DNA of 64,000 nucleotides from Candidatus Latescibacterota bacterium (GTDB lineage Bacteria; Latescibacterota; UBA2968; UBA8231): NCBI GenBank assembly GCA_965217585.1, contig OZ244561.1, positions 3,168,001 to 3,232,000 of the forward strand, read 5' to 3'. Shown piece by piece: positions 58,237 to 64,000 of this stretch (position 1 is its first letter; each line of letters starts with the position of its first letter). The notes under the pieces were generated by a model. It saw only the letters and a program-made list of their open reading frames with translations, ran no database searches and was not told where the DNA came from. The position numbers and the translations under genes were made by a program.

Positions 58237-59253
58237 ATGGAATATCGCAGAATGGGCCGCACTGGCCTCAAAGTATCGGAAGTTTGCCTTGGGACTATGA
58301 CCTTTGGCCATAGCACTGACGAACGAGAGGCCAAGCGGATCGTCGATCTGGCGTTTGACGCGGGCATCAATTTCTTCGACACGGCCGATTCGTATGGCGG
58401 TGGCGAGTCCGAGGTCATCACTGGCAAGACGCTCAAGGGCCGCCGCCGCGACGCGGTCATTGCCACCAAGTTCTTCAACCCCATGGGGCCTGGCCCCAAC
58501 GACTCGGGGATGTCGCGGGTGCGCATTATGAACGCCGTCGAAGACAGCCTCCAGCGACTGCGGACAGACTACATCGATCTCTATTACATTCACCACGTGG
58601 ATACCCAGACTCCGTTGGAGGAGATGTTGCGCGGGCTCGACGATTTGGTTCGCCAAGGCAAGGTGCGCTATATCGCCTGTTCCAACTATCAGGCGTGGCG
58701 CTTGATGGAGGCGTTGTGGATTTCAGACGCGAATGGGTTGGTCCGCTTTGAGTGCTACCAACCGCAATACAGTTTGGTCGTGCGCGACATTGAGCAGGAG
58801 CTGATTCCCGTCTGTCAGCTCAAGGGGCTGGGCGTGGTGGTGTGGAGTCCGCTCGGCGGCGGCTTTCTCTCCGGCAAGTACAAGCCCGGCGAACGCACCT
58901 TGGCAGGCACGCGTTCCGCCGACGCTTGGGCCTACCCGCAAAGCTATTTTGCCGCCAACGCCGACGAGACCTTAGAGACGCTCCTAGCGGTAGCCGACGA
59001 GATGGGCCGCTCGCCTGCGCAAGTCGCCCTGCGTTGGGTTTTGGAACAACCGGCCATTACCTCGGTCATCATCGGCGCGCGCACCGTTGAGCAGGCGCGC
59101 GACAACATGCTTGCTGGCAGCTTTTGTCTCCCGGACGAGGCTCGCGCCCGGCTCGACGAAGTCTCCTATCTGCCGGATCGCTACCCAGAGGCCATGGAAG
59201 CGAACATGCACGAGCGCCGCGACGACGCGGTCGATATGCCTGTGCTGGAGTGA
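58237..59253 (+). CDS. Aldo/keto reductase
   Basis: LGTMTFG, DTAD.Y, SL.RL.TDYIDLY and WSPL.GG motifs. Confidence 0.93.
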   Translation: MEYRRMGRTGLKVSEVCLGTMTFGHSTDEREAKRIVDLAFDAGINFFDTADSYGGGESEVITGKTLKGRRRDAVIATKFFNPMGPGPNDSGMSRVRIMNAVEDSLQRLRTDYIDLYYIHHVDTQTPLEEMLRGLDDLVRQGKVRYIACSNYQAWRLMEALWISDANGLVRFECYQPQYSLVVRDIEQELIPVCQLKGLGVVVWSPLGGGFLSGKYKPGERTLAGTRSADAWAYPQSYFAANADETLETLLAVADEMGRSPAQVALRWVLEQPAITSVIIGARTVEQARDNMLAGSFCLPDEARARLDEVSYLPDRYPEAMEANMHERRDDAVDMPVLE

Positions 59254-59256
59254 CGG

Positions 59257-60615
59257 GTGACCCGCAGCCAGTCCCCTCTCCAGGCTGCCAAGACCTGCGA
59301 GCTGCACGTCCACATCGGCGGTAGCCTCTTTGCCGCCGATCTCCTCGACTTGGCCCGCGATCACTACGAAAAGATCGACTGGTCGCTCTTTGTCGATAGC
59401 TTCGAACGCGCCTATGGCCGCCGGCCCGATCCGGTCGCACTGTTTGGCGAGGTGCTCCGTAGCCAACGCCTCGACTCGCTCAAGGCGCACTGCGTGTACG
59501 GCGCGGAAGACAAGGGCAACTTTGCCCATTTCCAAGCCAAGTTCAATTTGGCGATCTGCATCTATCGCCATTGGTGGAACGTCTTGGGCAAGCCAGAAGA
59601 AATTTTGCACCGGGTCTTTGCCCATCACCGCGGCGAAGGTTTGCGCTACATCGAGTATCGCACCATGGCCCCCTATGACCACACCCAGTCCGAAGCCTTC
59701 GCGCAGTTCCACGCGCTGACCGCTCGCGCCATCGCCCAAGCCTGCACCGCGGACTTTACCGCCCGCTACCTCATCAGCCTGCCGCGCTGGGCACCGCTCG
59801 AATGCTATCGACTAGTCCAACGCCTGCTCGACGAAAACGAGGATTTGATCCCCACGGTCGTCGGCCTCGACTTCTGCCACTTTGAGGAGGGCTACTCGCC
59901 CGCGAGCACTCGTGCCTTCTTCCGCCGCCTGCGCCGCGACAACGAGCTGCGCCCGGAGCGCGCCCTCGACGTGGCCTATCACGTGGGCGAAGTGTACTTC
60001 GACAAATCGCTCGAAAGCGCGGTGCGCTGGTGCCACGAAGCCGCGGAGTTGGGTGCGCTTCGCTTGGGGCACTGCACCGCGCTCGGGCTCGACCCGGAGG
60101 TTGCCGTGGCCCGCCGGTCCCAAGCCCACGAGAGAGAGTCGGTCAGCGAACGCTTGGCCCAGATTGCCTACGATTTGCACCACAAGAATGCATTGGAAGA
60201 ATTCGGCGTTCCGGTTGACGACCAAGCCCTGATACAGGAGCGCAGCCGCCTCTCGGCCCGGCCTGACGATGCGCTCGTTTGCCGTGCATACGATCCCCCG
60301 CGCCTCGAAGCAGTGCGCCGGCGGCAAGACTTCGCGCTGAGCCGCCTAGCCGCGCTCGGCACCGTCGTCGAGACCTGCCCGACCTCCAACTTGCGCATCG
60401 GTGCCGTGCCCGACGCCAAAGATCACCCGGTGCATCGCTTCCTATCCTCGGATGTCCGACTGGCCATTGGTGCCGACGACCCTGGCCTTTTCGACTGCAC
60501 ACTCGCCGACGAGGTCAACTGGGTCCAGCGCCACACTGGCATGACAGCCAACGCGCTACAAGCCCGCCTCGGCGACCCGCGCGACTACCGCTTCGGCCCG
60601 CGTCGCACCCGCTAG
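59257..60615 (+). CDS. Adenosine deaminase-like metallohydrolase
   Basis: ELHVH..GS, HVGE, RLGH, ETCPTSN and DDP motifs. Confidence 0.82.
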   Translation: MTRSQSPLQAAKTCELHVHIGGSLFAADLLDLARDHYEKIDWSLFVDSFERAYGRRPDPVALFGEVLRSQRLDSLKAHCVYGAEDKGNFAHFQAKFNLAICIYRHWWNVLGKPEEILHRVFAHHRGEGLRYIEYRTMAPYDHTQSEAFAQFHALTARAIAQACTADFTARYLISLPRWAPLECYRLVQRLLDENEDLIPTVVGLDFCHFEEGYSPASTRAFFRRLRRDNELRPERALDVAYHVGEVYFDKSLESAVRWCHEAAELGALRLGHCTALGLDPEVAVARRSQAHERESVSERLAQIAYDLHHKNALEEFGVPVDDQALIQERSRLSARPDDALVCRAYDPPRLEAVRRRQDFALSRLAALGTVVETCPTSNLRIGAVPDAKDHPVHRFLSSDVRLAIGADDPGLFDCTLADEVNWVQRHTGMTANALQARLGDPRDYRFGPRRTR

Positions 60616-60621
60616 GAGCAC

Positions 60622-62103
60622 ATGGTCACTCCGCAAAAGATGTTCAAGGGGTTTTTCTATACCTTGGGCACGGGCTATGCCGTGAGGCTGGGCAGCATGG
60701 GGCTGACGATCTTGATCAAAAGGCAGCTCGAACCCAGCGTTTTTGCCGATGTGTTTTTGGGTGTGACGGTCTTTACCATGCTGTCCAGTCTGCGCGAGTT
60801 CGGCCTGACGCACGCGCTGTTGCACTTCCAGGACCGAGTTGAGGAATTCGTCGGCACGCATTTTACGCTGAATGTCTGCATTACCTTGCTGTCGTGTCTG
60901 TTCAGCAGCGCGGTCGTCTTGGCCTTGACGTTGCTCTTTCCCGAGGATTTTTCCTGGACCTTCGCCCAAGTGGCGTGGGTGCTAGCGGCGCTGCAATTCG
61001 TGCGCCAATTGACCCTGACTTCAGAGGCCCTGCTGAGGATGGATTTTGAGTTTGGCAGGCTCTCCCTCTTGCACGGGCTGGGGACGCTGTTGGCCCTGAG
61101 CAGCGCGCTGCTGGCGGCCCGCGCCGGGTGGGAAGAGTGGAGCCTGATATTGGGCGGGTGGACTACGTACTCGGTGCTCAGTGTGGTGTACGTGCTGTTT
61201 TTTTCTACTGCCACTTGGTTCAGTCGTCCCCTGCGCCGCGCTTCTTTGCGCTTCGACTGGGTTTGGGCGCGCCGCTTATTGGGCTATGGCGTGTGGATCT
61301 GGATTGGGTGGGTATTGCAGATTTTTATTTGGTGGTACGACAAACTGGTCGTGCGCTTGGTCGTCGGCGATACGGCGCTCGCGCTCTACGAGACGGCTTG
61401 GTGGCTGGTGCAGATTCCCACTGCGGTCATCGCGCATATTATCCTCAACTACAGCAGTGCCCTGTACTCGCGGTATCGGCACGAGCGCGAGCGACTGGGG
61501 GAATTGTTCTCCAAGATGATCAGCCTAGTGCTGAGGGTGTCGGCTCCGGTGTCGCTGATTTTGGTCTTCAATGCCCGCGAGGTAACCGCCCTCTTAGGCG
61601 ATCAGTGGGCTGCATCGGCGCGCATCGTGGTTTGGCTGGCGGCGTATGCGCTTTTGCGCCCGCTGCTCAGCGATGGATTTGGCCTGTTGTGGGCGGTAGG
61701 AGCGACGCGCCGGTCCGCGTACATAGTGGGGATGCAGGGGGTTGTGGCTCTTTTTGCCGTCCCCGCGCTGGGCGTGTTGTGGGGCACGGAGGGCGTGGCG
61801 TACGGCATGGGCGCGGTGGCTGGCACGGGTTTCCTCGGCCTGTGCGTTGGCCTGCGCGCCTATGTGAGCGTCAACTGGTTCAAGGTATTGGCCGCGCCGG
61901 CCGTGGGACTGCTGGTCGCCGCTGTCTGTGGATGGTCGTACTCCCGTTGGGCCTTGGATTATGCCGTGGGCGATTTTGCCTTGCGGAGTGGAATTATGGC
62001 GTTGGCGTATGGGATTGTTCTCGGGCTGCTGGAGCGCCGCACCATCGTCGAAGAGCTTGGGCACCTGCGACGCATTATGCGCGGGAACGCGGAAGCGGAA
62101 TAG
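60622..62103 (+). CDS. Oligosaccharide flippase (Wzx/PST family)
   Basis: Many TM segments with EFGL..AL, L.MDF.F and DK.VV...G...Y motifs. Confidence 0.8.
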   Translation: MVTPQKMFKGFFYTLGTGYAVRLGSMGLTILIKRQLEPSVFADVFLGVTVFTMLSSLREFGLTHALLHFQDRVEEFVGTHFTLNVCITLLSCLFSSAVVLALTLLFPEDFSWTFAQVAWVLAALQFVRQLTLTSEALLRMDFEFGRLSLLHGLGTLLALSSALLAARAGWEEWSLILGGWTTYSVLSVVYVLFFSTATWFSRPLRRASLRFDWVWARRLLGYGVWIWIGWVLQIFIWWYDKLVVRLVVGDTALALYETAWWLVQIPTAVIAHIILNYSSALYSRYRHERERLGELFSKMISLVLRVSAPVSLILVFNAREVTALLGDQWAASARIVVWLAAYALLRPLLSDGFGLLWAVGATRRSAYIVGMQGVVALFAVPALGVLWGTEGVAYGMGAVAGTGFLGLCVGLRAYVSVNWFKVLAAPAVGLLVAAVCGWSYSRWALDYAVGDFALRSGIMALAYGIVLGLLERRTIVEELGHLRRIMRGNAEAE

Positions 62104-62683
62104 GAATTTCGCCGGCCGCGACCCGCGCGAGAGTCGCCGCGAAGAGCCGGTGTTCCGCCGCTAATACCCGCTTCTGTAACGTCTCGGGCGTGTCTTCTGC
62201 TTTAACCGGAACCTTCTCCTGCGCCAGCACTCGCCCGTGGTCGTATTCTTCATCTACCAAGTGGACCGTCGCCCCGCTCTCTCGCTCTCCAGCGGCCAAT
62301 ACGGCTTCGTGGACCCGCATCCCGTACATGCCCTGTCCGCCGAACTTGGGCAACAGGGCGGGATGGATGTTCAAAATCCGCCCCTCGTAAGCCGCCAGTA
62401 CCTCCGTCTCCAGCTTTTTCATGTATCCGGCCAGGCAAATCACTTCGACCCCGTGTCGCTGCATTGCCGCCAGAATCGTCTCCCCCAGTGCCTCGCCGTG
62501 CGTCTGCGCGCTCAGGTGGTACGCTGCAATGTTCGCCTGCCGCGCCCGTGCCAGCGCACCCGACTGCGAGTTGTTGCTAATCACCACGCACGGCTCGGCC
62601 GCTAAAGTCCCGGCCTGACAGGCATCGATGATCGCCTGCATATTCGACCCGGTGTGCGAGGCGAGAAACCCCAGTTTTAGCAT
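62075..62683 (-). CDS. purN: Phosphoribosylglycinamide formyltransferase
   Basis: GSNMQA, LAGYM, NIHPALLP and GATVH.V.EEYD.G motifs. Confidence 0.95.
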   Translation of the reverse strand: MLKLGFLASHTGSNMQAIIDACQAGTLAAEPCVVISNNSQSGALARARQANIAAYHLSAQTHGEALGETILAAMQRHGVEVICLAGYMKKLETEVLAAYEGRILNIHPALLPKFGGQGMYGMRVHEAVLAAGERESGATVHLVDEEYDHGRVLAQEKVPVKAEDTPETLQKRVLAAEHRLFAATLARVAAGEIPIPLPRSRA

Positions 62684-63031
62684 CTAGAGAATGTCCAGAA
62701 CTTGCTCCGGCGGTCGCCCGATGCGCGCTTGGCTTCCTTTGACTACAATCGGCCGCTCGATCAGGATGGGATGTTCCACCATCGCCTGAATGAGCTGCGC
62801 CCGGTCCGTTACTTCGGCTAGCCCCAGTGCCTCGTATTCGTCCTCTTTAGTGCGCATCAGTTCCCGGGGTTCCAGTCCCAGTTTTTGCAAAAGTTCGTCT
62901 AGGGTTTTGGCGTCCGGCGGCGTCTGTAGGTACTCGACGATATCTGCCTCCACGCCTTGCTCAGACAATAGAGCCAACGTCTGCCGACTTTTAGAGCATT
63001 GCGGGTTGTGGTACATCGTTACTTCGGTCAT
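62684..63031 (-). CDS. arsC: Arsenate reductase (glutaredoxin-type ArsC family)
   Basis: YHNP.CSKSR, LIERPIV and IGRPPE motifs. Confidence 0.9.
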   Translation of the reverse strand: MTEVTMYHNPQCSKSRQTLALLSEQGVEADIVEYLQTPPDAKTLDELLQKLGLEPRELMRTKEDEYEALGLAEVTDRAQLIQAMVEHPILIERPIVVKGSQARIGRPPEQVLDIL

Positions 63032-63086
63032 TTTCTGCCCCTGTTGAATGTTTGATTGCCACCGCAAAAATTAATACCTTGCCCTC

Positions 63087-63899
63087 ATGCCTACAATAAA
63101 CCAATCAATCAGCCCGGCGACGCCAACCGACGCCGAATTCTTCCAGCAAAACGGCTACATGCGCTACGGGCGATTCTTCTCGGCCGAGGAGATCGCCTCG
63201 TTGCGCCAGGCCATTGACCACGCCATCGACACGCATCGCGCCCGCATCAAAGGGGCCGAGAATGATGGCCGCACGTCGGAAGAGTACGAGCGCGTCTTCA
63301 ATCAGATGGTCAACCTTTGGACCGACTATCCGGCCGCCAAGGAAATCGCCTTCCATCCGCGCTTGGCCGAAACCGCCCGCCGCTTGAGTGGCTGCCGCCA
63401 CGTGCGCATCTACCACGATCACGCGATGATCAAACCCCCCGGCCAGACGAGCAAGGAAACGAACTGGCATCAGGACGCTCCCTATTGGCCGATGAACCCG
63501 GTCGGCGCACTGTCGGCGTGGATCGCGGTGGACGACGTGACCGCGGACAACGGCTGCCTCCATTTCGTGCCCGGCTCACATCAGTACGAGCGGCTCGAAC
63601 CGATCAAACTCGGCGTTGCTGGCGAGAGTATTGTCGCTAAAATGAAGGAACGGGGCTACGACGTGCCCGAGCCGGTGGCCATGGACATGCAAGCCGGCGG
63701 CGTTACCTTCCACCACGGCTGCACCTTCCACTACGCCGGTCCCAACCAGACCGCTGCGCCGCGCCGCGCCTTCGCCATTATCTACATGCCCGATTACACC
63801 ACGTTTACCGGGACCCACGACGCGGCTGGTGCGGCCGACGAGATGGAAGCCGGCGGCCCCTGGGATCATCCGCTGCACCCCATTCTGGCGGGCGAGTGA
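63087..63899 (+). CDS. Phytanoyl-CoA dioxygenase (PhyH) family protein
   Basis: WHQD, NGCL.FVPGSH and H.AGPN....RR motifs. Confidence 0.9.
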   Translation: MPTINQSISPATPTDAEFFQQNGYMRYGRFFSAEEIASLRQAIDHAIDTHRARIKGAENDGRTSEEYERVFNQMVNLWTDYPAAKEIAFHPRLAETARRLSGCRHVRIYHDHAMIKPPGQTSKETNWHQDAPYWPMNPVGALSAWIAVDDVTADNGCLHFVPGSHQYERLEPIKLGVAGESIVAKMKERGYDVPEPVAMDMQAGGVTFHHGCTFHYAGPNQTAAPRRAFAIIYMPDYTTFTGTHDAAGAADEMEAGGPWDHPLHPILAGE

Positions 63900-63915
63900 G
63901 GCTGCACAAAACGCG

Positions 63916-64000
63916 GTGAACCCACAGATCAAATGGGTTTCTTATGCGCTCTGGCTCTTGCTCCAAGTGGCCATGCCCTTGGGTGCCGAGGAGCAGGACA
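63916..64000 (+). CDS. Start of a probable secreted protein, cut by the window edge
   Basis: GTG-NPQIKWVSYALWLLLQVAMPLGAEEQD looks like a signal peptide. Confidence 0.4.
   Translation, partial: MNPQIKWVSYALWLLLQVAMPLGAEEQD

Overview
GC-rich bacterial chromosomal window. Gene content resembles Latescibacterota/Gemmatimonadota-type marine symbionts, but taxonomy is a low-confidence inference. The backbone is housekeeping and catabolic: His6-type hisA, rsmD, solA, SDRs, enolase-superfamily enzymes, two DmpA peptidases, mutY, a trans-sulfuration enzyme, a FolC-ATP-grasp fusion, moaA, a split form-II cox/xdh cluster (coxD-coxE-xdhC ... mocA, coxG-S-L-M), ettA, sat, purN and arsC. Small accessory islands interrupt it. 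Main points: (1) a compact ubiquitin-like operon (Ubl ending in Ala rather than Gly, E2-like protein, JAB-peptidase/E1 fusion) beside a DUF2971 gene; (2) three islands, each bracketed by a gene's 3' end and a diverged direct copy of that 3' end, with no integrase in the window; (3) repeated loss of toxin/effector genes while their partners stay open; (4) a tandem pair of unannotated ~30-aa hydrophobic-then-polybasic peptides; (5) a thioredoxin-fold gene that looks thaumarchaeal; (6) an ISAs1 cleanly splitting an Fn3-metalloprotease lipoprotein, and an IS5 next to a deletion. No rRNA, tRNA or CRISPR array was seen. All family calls come from motif reading, not database searches.
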